The notes below the pieces were generated by a model, which did not search any database, was not told where the DNA came from, and saw only the letters and a list, made by a program, of their open reading frames with translations. Shown here piece after piece: positions 10,222 to 19,586 of a DNA stretch of 64,000 nt; the first letter of the stretch is position 1; every line of letters begins with the position of its first letter. The position numbers were made by a program, and so were the translations under genes. The DNA is from a bacterium. GTDB taxonomy: Bacteria > Zhuqueibacterota > Zhuqueibacteria > Residuimicrobiales > Krinioviventaceae. The stretch lies in NCBI GenBank assembly GCA_963693055.1, contig OY843751.1, forward strand, positions 2,816,001 through 2,880,000. Direction: 5' to 3'.

Positions 10222-12036
10222 ATGAAAAAATTGTTAGTAGTTGTTCTCTTTGTATTGTTTTGGATTCAAACTGGTATTTCAAGTGATGACATCCAAAATT
10301 ATGCAAAATCAAGAAGTAACGACCTCCGTCTGGGTGTTTATATTACAGCACACAGCGTACGAGATCACCTTTCTACAGATATGGGAAGACGAGAAGCATT
10401 ATCCCTTGTACAGTCACTAGGCATGAGTAAAGTATTTGTCGAGTTTTATCGTGGTGGTTTGGTTATTGATTCACAATTGTTAACAGACGTAAACAAATTT
10501 TTCACAGACAATGATATTGATGTCATTGGAGGAATTGCCACAGTACCGGGCGAAGGCTTTGGAATACACCAGGAAGGTCCGCTCGGATGGTTTAATTGGC
10601 AAAATGAAAAAACTCAAACTGACTTGTTGGGTGCTATGCAAATGGCTTCACATGTATTCGATAAAATTATAATTGACGATTTTGTATGTACCTCTGATAC
10701 CAGTAAAGAATCCAAAGCTGCAAAGCAAGATCTTTCATGGTCAGAATATCGCCGTAACATGTTGGTTGATATTGCATCAAATATCTTTCTCAAAGAAGTA
10801 CACAAAATTAATCCCGATTGTGAAGTAACAATAAAATTCCCACAATGGTATGATAGATTCCATCTTTTTGGTTATGATATACCCAGACAATCCGCTCAAT
10901 TTGATAATGTTTGGGTAGGTACTGAATCACGTGGTGCCCGTACACAACGCTATGGATTTGTACAACCTTATGAAGGTTATATTAATTATAGATGGATAAA
11001 CTCTATTGCCGGTAAAGTATCTGGTGCATGGTTCGATCATGGTGACTGTCAACCATTGGATTTCATCGATCAGGCATACCAAAGTGTGTTGGCCGGAGCA
11101 AATGAAATAACAATGTTTCATTATGGCGATTTTTTATGGGGCCATGGAGGTCATCATTATTTACGTTCAGAATTTGATAAACTTGCTGACCTTGCTGCAA
11201 AAGTTACAGGTAATGAAGAAACAGTTATTTATGGTTACAAACCTGCAAACAGTGATGCCGGTGGCGATCTCTATATTATGGATTTCATTGGTATGCTTGG
11301 TATTCCTCTTGTTCCAGCTTCTGAATGGCCCGAACAGGCTGAAATACTTTTCATTCCAACGCAGGCAGCTAAAGATAAAGATATTGAATCTAAAATATTT
11401 CAAGCTGTAAAAAAACAAAAAACTGTAATTATGACCACAGGATTCTTATCTGTTATGGACAGCAAGAAATTAAATAAACTTGCAGGTTTACAACATCCTG
11501 TCAAGAGTAATCCTGTAAAGGCAGAGTTTATTACATTTAATAATGTTCCACAATATGTTCAAGAAGGTTTACTGCTAGAAAGCACTCCTACATTAAAGGA
11601 AGCCGAGGCTATTATAACAGCAAACTATCAAGAAAAATTAGTACCGTTTTATTCTCAAAATCAAAACAATGTATTTGTGTTAAACTGTCATACCTTTTCA
11701 CAGGCTGATTTTGATGCAGTGGGTGAAGTATTATTGTGCCCACGAGATTTGGGATTACTTTACCTCCCCCCCAACGCCATCAGTACTTTGAGGAATTCTA
11801 TTATTGGCAAGTTGGGAATCCAAATGCAAGCGCCTACACGCGTTACTTTACAGCCAGTGGGTAAAAGTGGCTGGTTCTTGCAAAATTATAACGAAGAACC
11901 TGTAATTATTAAATTAAAAATTGATAATAGATCAGGTTCATTCAAAAATGTATTTACAGGTGAAAATATAAAAATTAGTAGTGATGGATTTGCAACAATA
12001 ATTATCCCCAAAAGATCCAGAATTTGGGTGCAATAA
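10222..12036 (+). CDS. Secreted hypothetical protein, possible TIM-barrel glycoside hydrolase-like
   Basis: 604 aa; Sec signal peptide; IIIDDF and IKFPQWYDRF motifs; family not securely recognised. Confidence 0.4.
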   Translation: MKKLLVVVLFVLFWIQTGISSDDIQNYAKSRSNDLRLGVYITAHSVRDHLSTDMGRREALSLVQSLGMSKVFVEFYRGGLVIDSQLLTDVNKFFTDNDIDVIGGIATVPGEGFGIHQEGPLGWFNWQNEKTQTDLLGAMQMASHVFDKIIIDDFVCTSDTSKESKAAKQDLSWSEYRRNMLVDIASNIFLKEVHKINPDCEVTIKFPQWYDRFHLFGYDIPRQSAQFDNVWVGTESRGARTQRYGFVQPYEGYINYRWINSIAGKVSGAWFDHGDCQPLDFIDQAYQSVLAGANEITMFHYGDFLWGHGGHHYLRSEFDKLADLAAKVTGNEETVIYGYKPANSDAGGDLYIMDFIGMLGIPLVPASEWPEQAEILFIPTQAAKDKDIESKIFQAVKKQKTVIMTTGFLSVMDSKKLNKLAGLQHPVKSNPVKAEFITFNNVPQYVQEGLLLESTPTLKEAEAIITANYQEKLVPFYSQNQNNVFVLNCHTFSQADFDAVGEVLLCPRDLGLLYLPPNAISTLRNSIIGKLGIQMQAPTRVTLQPVGKSGWFLQNYNEEPVIIKLKIDNRSGSFKNVFTGENIKISSDGFATIIIPKRSRIWVQ

Positions 12037-12064
12037 AATACATCAGTTAAGCAAATAAAAAAAA

Positions 12065-12119
12065 TAGTTGGTTGACAAATCAACTATTTTTTTATATATT
12101 TAGTTGACTGCTCAACTAA
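12065..12119 (+). promoter_or_regulatory. Sigma70 promoter overlapped by two palindromic MarR-type operators
   Basis: TTGACA 12072-12077, 17 bp spacer, TATATT 12095-12100; palindromes GTTGACAAATCAAC (12071-12084) and TTAGTTGACTGCTCAACTAA (12100-12119). Confidence 0.75.
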
Positions 12120-12142
12120 TATAAATATGTGAAAGGTTTTAA

Positions 12143-13498
12143 ATGAAAGATATAAATATATTAAAAGATGATAATATAGGCAGATCTCTTTTCAAGCTAT
12201 CGCTTCCGGCAATGATAGGTATGCTGGTAATGTCTATGTACAATGTTGTCGATGCGATTTTTATAGGTAAAGGTGTCGGCACAATGGGTATTGCTGCTGT
12301 AGCCATATCTTTTCCAATTCAGATGATTGTTGGTGCCATTGGTCAAATGCTGGGAATTGGTGGTGCCTCTCTTCTTTCAAGGTCTCTGGGTGCACAGGAT
12401 TATGATACATCCAACAGAATTCTTGGAAATGTTATTATTTCAACTGTACTATTTTCACTTGTAATCACAATCGTAGGTTTTCTTTTTACGGATCAGGTTC
12501 TTGTTTTTTTTGGTTCCTCACAAACAATTTTGCCCTATGCTAAAGAATATTTTATATACATTGTACCTGGTATTTTATTTCACAGTATGGCAATGGCATT
12601 GAATAATTTAATTCGGGCTGAAGGCAAAGCCAAAGTTGCCATGTTTACAATGATTATATCATCAGTCCTAAATATAATTCTGGATGCTCTTTTTATTTTT
12701 GGATTTAAGATGGGTATTAGTGGTGCTGCCATAGCTACGCTACTGGCTTATATTGCAGGTGCAATTTATTTAGCACTTTACTATCTTTCTGGGAGATCCA
12801 TGTTAAATGTTAAAATTTCATATTTAAAATTTGATTTAAAAATCAACAAAGAAATTTATGCAATAGGCATAGCTGTGTTTGCCAGACAAGCAGCAATGAG
12901 TATTCTGGTTATTATTTTAAACAATTTATTAGGCTTTCTGGGAGGAGATATTGCAATAGCAGTTTATGGTATTGTGATGCGGATTCTAATGGTAATGATG
13001 ACACCAATAATCGGTTTGGCTCAGGGGTTACAGCCTATTGCTGGTTATAATTTTGGTGCTCAAAATTATCTAAAAACCAAAGAATCTGTCAAGCTGGCTG
13101 TTTTAGTATCCTCTATTTTATCAATATCAGCCACCTTTATTATTATGGTTTTTCCAGTAGCTTTATTGAAATTATTTACAAACGATATTTTATTAATTGA
13201 CCAGGGAAAGACTGCCTTGCGCTTAATGGTACTCGCGTTTCCAGTTGTTGGGTTTCAAATTGTAGGTTCTACCTTGTACCAGGCAATTGGTAAAGCTTTT
13301 GAGAATTTAATTCTAACACTTTCCAGACAAGTATTGTTTTTGATACCTTTAGTATTTATTCTCTCTCATTATTTCAAGCTTGTTGGTGTTTGGCTATCCT
13401 TTCCAGTGGCTGATATTTTATCATTTTTACTAACCTTAATGTTTCTCATATCTTTGAACAAACAATACAACCTTAAAATAAAAATGTCAGAGGTTTAA
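12143..13498 (+). CDS. MATE family efflux transporter (MepA-like)
   Basis: ~12 TM segments; YNVVDAIFIG, NIILD..FIF and GYNFGA motifs. Confidence 0.9.
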   Translation: MKDINILKDDNIGRSLFKLSLPAMIGMLVMSMYNVVDAIFIGKGVGTMGIAAVAISFPIQMIVGAIGQMLGIGGASLLSRSLGAQDYDTSNRILGNVIISTVLFSLVITIVGFLFTDQVLVFFGSSQTILPYAKEYFIYIVPGILFHSMAMALNNLIRAEGKAKVAMFTMIISSVLNIILDALFIFGFKMGISGAAIATLLAYIAGAIYLALYYLSGRSMLNVKISYLKFDLKINKEIYAIGIAVFARQAAMSILVIILNNLLGFLGGDIAIAVYGIVMRILMVMMTPIIGLAQGLQPIAGYNFGAQNYLKTKESVKLAVLVSSILSISATFIIMVFPVALLKLFTNDILLIDQGKTALRLMVLAFPVVGFQIVGSTLYQAIGKAFENLILTLSRQVLFLIPLVFILSHYFKLVGVWLSFPVADILSFLLTLMFLISLNKQYNLKIKMSEV

Positions 13499-13500
13499 TC

Positions 13501-13959
13501 ATGCATCATCAGGACAGTATTGGTAAAATGTTGGGCTTTTTGCATAGAAGCGCACAAAAATATTTTAATCATCAACTTTCAAAATATGATTTAGGAAGTG
13601 GTGCTTATATGTTTTTGATCTATCTTTTTCATAATGATGGTGCAACTCAAAATGAGACCAGCTCACATCTGGATGTAGATAAATCACATGCAACTCGGAT
13701 TTTTCACAATCTTGAAAAATTAGGATATGTCACAAGAAAGCATGATATTCATGATAAGCGTGTTTATCGTGTTTATCTCACAAAAAAGGCAATTTCCATT
13801 AGAACCGATATTAAAGAGATTATGCAATCCTGGTCTGAGATTATTACCAAAGATTTGAAAGAGAATGAAAAAGATCTGGTCAAAAAGTTATTATGGAAAA
13901 TGTCAAAAAATGTAACGGACATGAATGACGCACAAAATAAATTATGTCAAAATAGTTGA
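13501..13959 (+). CDS. MarR family transcriptional regulator
   Basis: Winged HTH with LEKLGYVTR...DKRVYRVYLT. Confidence 0.9.
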   Translation: MHHQDSIGKMLGFLHRSAQKYFNHQLSKYDLGSGAYMFLIYLFHNDGATQNETSSHLDVDKSHATRIFHNLEKLGYVTRKHDIHDKRVYRVYLTKKAISIRTDIKEIMQSWSEIITKDLKENEKDLVKKLLWKMSKNVTDMNDAQNKLCQNS

Positions 13960-14007
13960 CTATTAAAAATAAGGTTGTAAATTATAAAATAATAACAAGA
14001 GGACGAT

Positions 14008-14370
14008 ATGGATTTAAAAGACTTTCAAAAAATGGCAATCAAAATTGATCCACCAAAAAAGACACAGGCTGACAATGCAGTTGAAGAAATTGAAAAATAC
14101 ATCCTTGCTGTTAAATCACAATTAGCAGAGAACCAGGATCTTGCAGTTCTTGTACCTTTGAAAAATGGAGAGACTGTTCAGGTCCTTTCTTTTGCTTCAG
14201 AAGATGCAAATATGATTTTTGTCAATGGTTTTTGCAATTTTGAGCCTGTTTTTTTGCTGGTTCACCTGTATGATTTTCAAATTATGATAAAAATCATAGA
14301 AAATCCCCAGGAAGAAGACAAACATATCGGCTTTGAATTTTCTAAAAAAAAAATTAAAGAATCAGAATAA
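14008..14370 (+). CDS. Hypothetical protein
   Basis: 120 aa ORF with AGAGGA RBS. Confidence 0.55.
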   Translation: MDLKDFQKMAIKIDPPKKTQADNAVEEIEKYILAVKSQLAENQDLAVLVPLKNGETVQVLSFASEDANMIFVNGFCNFEPVFLLVHLYDFQIMIKIIENPQEEDKHIGFEFSKKKIKESE

Positions 14371-14427
14371 CAACCCAGCTCCCCACCTCAAATTTGTATT
14401 ATTAAAATAATATCTTTACCTTCAGAA

Positions 14428-14661
14428 ACGCAAACGTTTGCGTGAAAAATTTTTCTAAAAAAAGTAACTTATTAATATCCTATCAATCATGAAAAAAAAT
14501 AACTATAGATACCTAATAATAATAATTTATCTTGACAAAGAATGAAAATTACATTATTTTACTTTTATAAAAATAAAAATTTTAAAAGTAATGGTGCTAA
14601 TTTTTTCTATGTATAAAATTATTTAAAAAAATTTTTTTTCATCAGTCAGGCAAACGTTTGC
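14428..14661 (+). promoter_or_regulatory. Two LacI-family-type operators flanking a sigma70 promoter
   Basis: Perfect palindrome GCAAACGTTTGC at 14430-14441 and 14650-14661; TTGACA 14532-14537, 17 bp spacer, TATTTT 14555-14560 between them. Confidence 0.7.
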
Positions 14662-14971
14662 ATTATGAGTGGAATGTTTTATTTAATAATTTATTATATA
14701 TTCTTTGGGCTAAATATTTATGTTTGACAAATCTCAGAAATGTTTCCAATCTTTTATCTCCGTTGATAACGTAATGTTTGCAGGTAAATTAAATGTAATT
14801 GATTTGTATTATTTAAGTAAGATTTTACCTAAAAATTAAAAATCCTTAATATTATTCAAGTGTTAGTCATTTATATTTCTAATAAATAGAAGCAAGTTTT
14901 TCTCATACATATAGACACGATACCGATTCAATTAGACAGGTTGTATTTAGAAGCGCAGCAGGAGAAGTATA

Positions 14972-16327
14972 ATGAAAAAGCAGCACATATTAATAATTAT
15001 ATTTTATTTACTCGTATTCCCGATATGGGTCTTTCCATCTTCCCCGCAAAAAAGCACCAATACACCTATATACTTTTTTGATACAAATATATTTCAGACT
15101 TTTAGTGAAATTGCAAGAATTGAAACATACTATTCTGTAGCCTTACCTCAACTAAAATTTAAAAAGAATGACAATGGATATCTGGCAAATTTTTCAGCAA
15201 AATTAATAGTATTTTCAGAAAAGATGGATACAGTTCAAGTAAAGGTTAAAAGCACAGGCACCATTGAAAAAGATGAGAACAATATAAACAATTCTGAAAA
15301 AGGGCTAGTTGACCAAATTTTTTACAACCTTGAACCTGGTGACTATTTTGTAAAATTTTCTATAACTGATGAAAATTCAAAGAAAACAAGTGTTATCTGG
15401 GATTCATTAACAGTATCACCCGTACCTAACAAACTATCTATTAGTGATATACAATTAGCATCTTTGATTTCAGCTGAATCTAAACACCCAAATTATACAA
15501 AAGCTAATAAAACTGTAATTCCCAATCCCTCCCATCGATATCAATATCACAATTCTTTATTATATCTCTACTATGAAATTTATAATTTTGAAAAAAGTGC
15601 TGACAGTCTAAAGAACTCATTTGAGACTCAATACATAATTACTAACGCTTTTAACGATACATTAATTATTACGAATCCTTCAAAGAGTATTAAACAAGCT
15701 GAATCATTAATCAAGGTCCAGGCAATTGATATTTCAGGTTTAGAAAGTGGTGAGCATCATTTATTTATCAAGATTAAAGATTTAGCAAACAATGCATCGT
15801 CTATAGTTTCAAATCATTTTACAGTATCTAATCCCCCACTGCCTGAAACAAATATTCCATTAACAGATAAAGATCTAAAAAATTATAGAGATCAAATCAA
15901 ATATATTGCAACCCATGAAGAGTTGAAAATTTTTGATTCATTGCCAACAAATGACAAAGGTACATTTTTAATTAATTTTTGGAAAAGCAAAGATTATGAT
16001 CTTTCCACACCTGAAAATGAATTCATGATGGATTGTTTTGCAAGAATCAATTACGCAAACAAACATTTTAACAGCAATACCAATGGTTTAAATTCAGATA
16101 TGGGCAGGATTTTTATTGTATATGGTCAACCTGACGATATTGATCGTCATCATATGGAAATGAACAACAAGCCATATGAAATCTGGAGTTATTATGTTGG
16201 AGGCCAAAATCATAAATTTGTTTTTGTAGATAGAAATAATGAAAATATTTATTCATTGGTACATTCTACTTTACCTGAAGAAATAACAAATGAAGGATGG
16301 TTTGAAAGAGAAGTTGAAGGCCAATAA
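14972..16327 (+). CDS. GWxTD-domain protein (secreted)
   Basis: Signal peptide; FW..KD....TPENEF...RINYANKHF...GLNSDMGRIFIVYGQPD...YEIWSY pattern of the GWxTD family (motif diverged to GLNSD). Confidence 0.8.
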   Translation: MKKQHILIIIFYLLVFPIWVFPSSPQKSTNTPIYFFDTNIFQTFSEIARIETYYSVALPQLKFKKNDNGYLANFSAKLIVFSEKMDTVQVKVKSTGTIEKDENNINNSEKGLVDQIFYNLEPGDYFVKFSITDENSKKTSVIWDSLTVSPVPNKLSISDIQLASLISAESKHPNYTKANKTVIPNPSHRYQYHNSLLYLYYEIYNFEKSADSLKNSFETQYIITNAFNDTLIITNPSKSIKQAESLIKVQAIDISGLESGEHHLFIKIKDLANNASSIVSNHFTVSNPPLPETNIPLTDKDLKNYRDQIKYIATHEELKIFDSLPTNDKGTFLINFWKSKDYDLSTPENEFMMDCFARINYANKHFNSNTNGLNSDMGRIFIVYGQPDDIDRHHMEMNNKPYEIWSYYVGGQNHKFVFVDRNNENIYSLVHSTLPEEITNEGWFEREVEGQ

Positions 16328-16457
16328 ATTTTTAATCCGTAATTTAAAATAATAAAATTAGGAGGTGATGAAAGGAACCAAAAATTTTAATTAGTAATGG
16401 GAACCAGGGTTTATTAAAATCTTATGCCCGTTCCCAAATAACACTTAACATAATAAA

Positions 16458-19400
16458 ATGGAGATTGCAATGGCGAGTTACAAGTGGTTTAAACTACGGG
16501 TATTACTGCTGACATTTAGTTTGTTAGTATGTTTTACTGTTGAGAAAACACTTGCTGGAACTACTGGCAAAATTGCAGGGAAAATTTTCGACAGCAAGAC
16601 TAATGAAAGTCTCCCGGGCGCCAATATTACCATTGTAGGAACAACGATGGGTGCATCATCAGATGTTGATGGTAACTATTTTATCCTGAATGTTCCTCCA
16701 GGCACATATTCGGTGCGCGGTTCAATGATGGGTTATGGGCCTGTTGTACAACAAGAGGTTCGGGTTAATACTGACAGAACAACACTGTTGGATTTTGGCT
16801 TGTCCGAAGCAGTGTTGGATTTAGGTGAAGAAGTAGTCATTACATCTACCAGACCTCTTGTAGAGCAAGATGTCGTTTCAAGTCAGGTAATAGCAACTGT
16901 TGAACAAACAGAAATGCTGCCTGTTTCTAACATTATGGATGCTATAAGTCTTGAACCTGGTATTGAGGTAAATAGTTCCGAGATGAAAATTGAAATTCGT
17001 GGTGGTGGAAGCGATGAAATCAGCTTTCAAGTTGATGGTATGGAACGTAATGATAAACTGAACAATAAAGTTTTTGCAGAAACAAACTCTGCTTCAGTAT
17101 CTGAAGTACAGATCCTTACTGGTGGTTTTAACGCTGAATATGGTAACATTCGTTCAGGTTTGTTTAACGTTATCACCAAAGAAGGTGGAAAAACACTTTC
17201 CGGTTCATTTGATTATCGTACATCTCCGGGTCATCAGAAGCATTTCGGCCCCAGTGCTTATGGCGATGACCAATATGACAATATGCTTTATGGTGGCAGC
17301 AACTCTTTTGAACCCGTTTTTGATGTTGAAGGCGGTCAATTGTTTGCAGGTTGGAATGCTATTACTGAAACCAAAAATTCTGAATCTTGGATGGGAAAAA
17401 ATGACTGGACTCCTCAGCAATTACAGGAAGTTTGGAAATGGACCACTCGTGGTGTTGATTATGGTGATAACGCAGACCATTACATTGACGCTGGTCTCGG
17501 CGGTCCTGTTCCCGGTTTGGACAAATTGGGCCTCAAAGATGCAGGTTTCTTTTTAGGATACAAGTATACCCGTCAATATCCTATCTTGCCTTCCGTAAGT
17601 GAATATTATGATTCTGACATTAAAGAAGCAAAATTTTCATTCAAACCTATGGACAACATCAAAGTTGTTGTTAATGGTTTGTACGGTGAGACAATGACAT
17701 CTACCAATGGTGATGACTGGGATGAAGATCAATGGACATTCAATTATGGAAACAATGTTTCTGAAATTGAATCAGGTACTGATCTCTTTTCAAATTACAA
17801 ATACTATCTTGGATCACAAGATATGCTTTATGCAACAACCAAACAAATTGGCTTCAAGATGATTCATACAATCAATCCTTCAACTTATTATGAAGTAAAA
17901 TATAATTATTTTACTACAGAATCTGAAGCTGGACACGGTACCAAAAGAAATCTTGCAGCCGTTAAAACTATCGGCGGCGTAGCCTTTGATGAAGGTCCGG
18001 TAGGTTGGATTGATGAAACCGCATCTTTGACAGATTTGACTGGTAACTGGAGTCTGTCAGGCGGTGGTTTGGTTTCTGATACATCTTCATATGCTACTCA
18101 CAAATTCAATATCGACTTTACCAGTCAGGTTAACCAAAACAACCTGGTAAAAGCTGGTTTAGAATTTGCACAAGACCACATTATTAAAGATTTCAAAAAA
18201 CAAGGTACTATCAATGTAAACAATTACAGTACTTTTAATTTTGATAGAAAACCATCTCACTATTCTGGTTACATTCAGGATAAAATTGAGTATGGTGGCA
18301 TGATTGTTAATGCTGGTATCCGTATTGATCATTATGCTGCAAATGGTTACATCTATGATCCTACAAATATCTATTCTCTGTTGTGGGCACGTGGTGGTAC
18401 CGCAGGATACACTGATCCTGATCAATTACCAAAAGAAGCAAGTGAAGCTCATACATACTTGAGCCCAAGACTTGGTTTTTCACATCCGGTTCGCAAGCAT
18501 ACCAAATTCTTCTTTAATTATGGTGTTTTCTACTCTGAACCTACCAACACTGACCGTTACGGAATGTTTTCAGAGAGCATGCCTTTTGGCGATCCTCAGG
18601 GCGACATTAGAAGATTGGGTTACGCAAATCTTGAAGCTCCAAAAACTTCTGCTTACGAAATTGGTTTTGAACAAAGTATTGCAGATGATTACCTGATTCG
18701 TGCAAACTTTTATTCAAAAGATAATACTGAAATGATTGGTAAACTTCGTGTTGACGGCCAAGGTGGCTCTGCCTCTATTGGTGACTTTGTAAATGGTGTT
18801 TCTGCCGGTGTTGCAGGTTACGATACACGACGCAACAATATTTACCAGGATATTCGCGGTATTGAAATGAAAATCAGCAAACTGCGTGGTCGTTTTTTCA
18901 CCGGTTGGTTGAATATGGATTATCGCATTAAAACTCAGGGTAATTATGGTTACTCTTCTTTGAACCAGGATCCACTTGTTGGTTATTATGTATACAGTGC
19001 AACCAAACTTCAGCCACAATCTGAACCTGGTTTCATTGGCAACTTTTCTTTCCATACACCAATGGATTGGGGTACATTAAAAGGCAATTGGAGATTAAGT
19101 CTTATTCAACGTTGGAACAAGGGTTCAAAATACATCTACAATCCTGATGATCTCCCAGCTCGTGAAGTAAGAACCATTTATTATTGGTTGGATTCTTACT
19201 ACACATCATTAAGACTTAGCAAATCTTTCACCGTTTATAAAAACCTTTCTGCCCGTGTATATATGGATGTAAATAATTTGTTCAATTACAAAAAACTGAA
19301 CCTCGACGTATTGGCTGACAATGAAAAAGAACAATACTTTACACAATATATTGATCAAGATAACGGTCTAGGAAAAGACATTGGTGAATATGAAGATGAT

Positions 19401-19535
19401 AACGGCAATGATGTATTTACTGAAGATTGGGTTGATTCAAATGGTACTACCCGTGCACCGATTGCACCGGGAAAAGATTATGCATTATTTTATAATCCAC
19501 GTTCATTCCTGTTCGGTGTAAAGTTTGAATTTTAA
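16458..19535 (+). CDS. TonB-dependent receptor with N-terminal carboxypeptidase-regulatory-like domain
   Basis: GTTGKIAG N-terminus; plug motifs IRGG and GGFNAEYGN; C-terminal PRSFLFGVKFEF beta-signal. Confidence 0.9.
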   Translation: MEIAMASYKWFKLRVLLLTFSLLVCFTVEKTLAGTTGKIAGKIFDSKTNESLPGANITIVGTTMGASSDVDGNYFILNVPPGTYSVRGSMMGYGPVVQQEVRVNTDRTTLLDFGLSEAVLDLGEEVVITSTRPLVEQDVVSSQVIATVEQTEMLPVSNIMDAISLEPGIEVNSSEMKIEIRGGGSDEISFQVDGMERNDKLNNKVFAETNSASVSEVQILTGGFNAEYGNIRSGLFNVITKEGGKTLSGSFDYRTSPGHQKHFGPSAYGDDQYDNMLYGGSNSFEPVFDVEGGQLFAGWNAITETKNSESWMGKNDWTPQQLQEVWKWTTRGVDYGDNADHYIDAGLGGPVPGLDKLGLKDAGFFLGYKYTRQYPILPSVSEYYDSDIKEAKFSFKPMDNIKVVVNGLYGETMTSTNGDDWDEDQWTFNYGNNVSEIESGTDLFSNYKYYLGSQDMLYATTKQIGFKMIHTINPSTYYEVKYNYFTTESEAGHGTKRNLAAVKTIGGVAFDEGPVGWIDETASLTDLTGNWSLSGGGLVSDTSSYATHKFNIDFTSQVNQNNLVKAGLEFAQDHIIKDFKKQGTINVNNYSTFNFDRKPSHYSGYIQDKIEYGGMIVNAGIRIDHYAANGYIYDPTNIYSLLWARGGTAGYTDPDQLPKEASEAHTYLSPRLGFSHPVRKHTKFFFNYGVFYSEPTNTDRYGMFSESMPFGDPQGDIRRLGYANLEAPKTSAYEIGFEQSIADDYLIRANFYSKDNTEMIGKLRVDGQGGSASIGDFVNGVSAGVAGYDTRRNNIYQDIRGIEMKISKLRGRFFTGWLNMDYRIKTQGNYGYSSLNQDPLVGYYVYSATKLQPQSEPGFIGNFSFHTPMDWGTLKGNWRLSLIQRWNKGSKYIYNPDDLPAREVRTIYYWLDSYYTSLRLSKSFTVYKNLSARVYMDVNNLFNYKKLNLDVLADNEKEQYFTQYIDQDNGLGKDIGEYEDDNGNDVFTEDWVDSNGTTRAPIAPGKDYALFYNPRSFLFGVKFEF

Positions 19536-19586
19536 GTTGAAATTCAATTGCTTTTATCTTGAAAAAGAAAAAAAAGGAAACCACAA

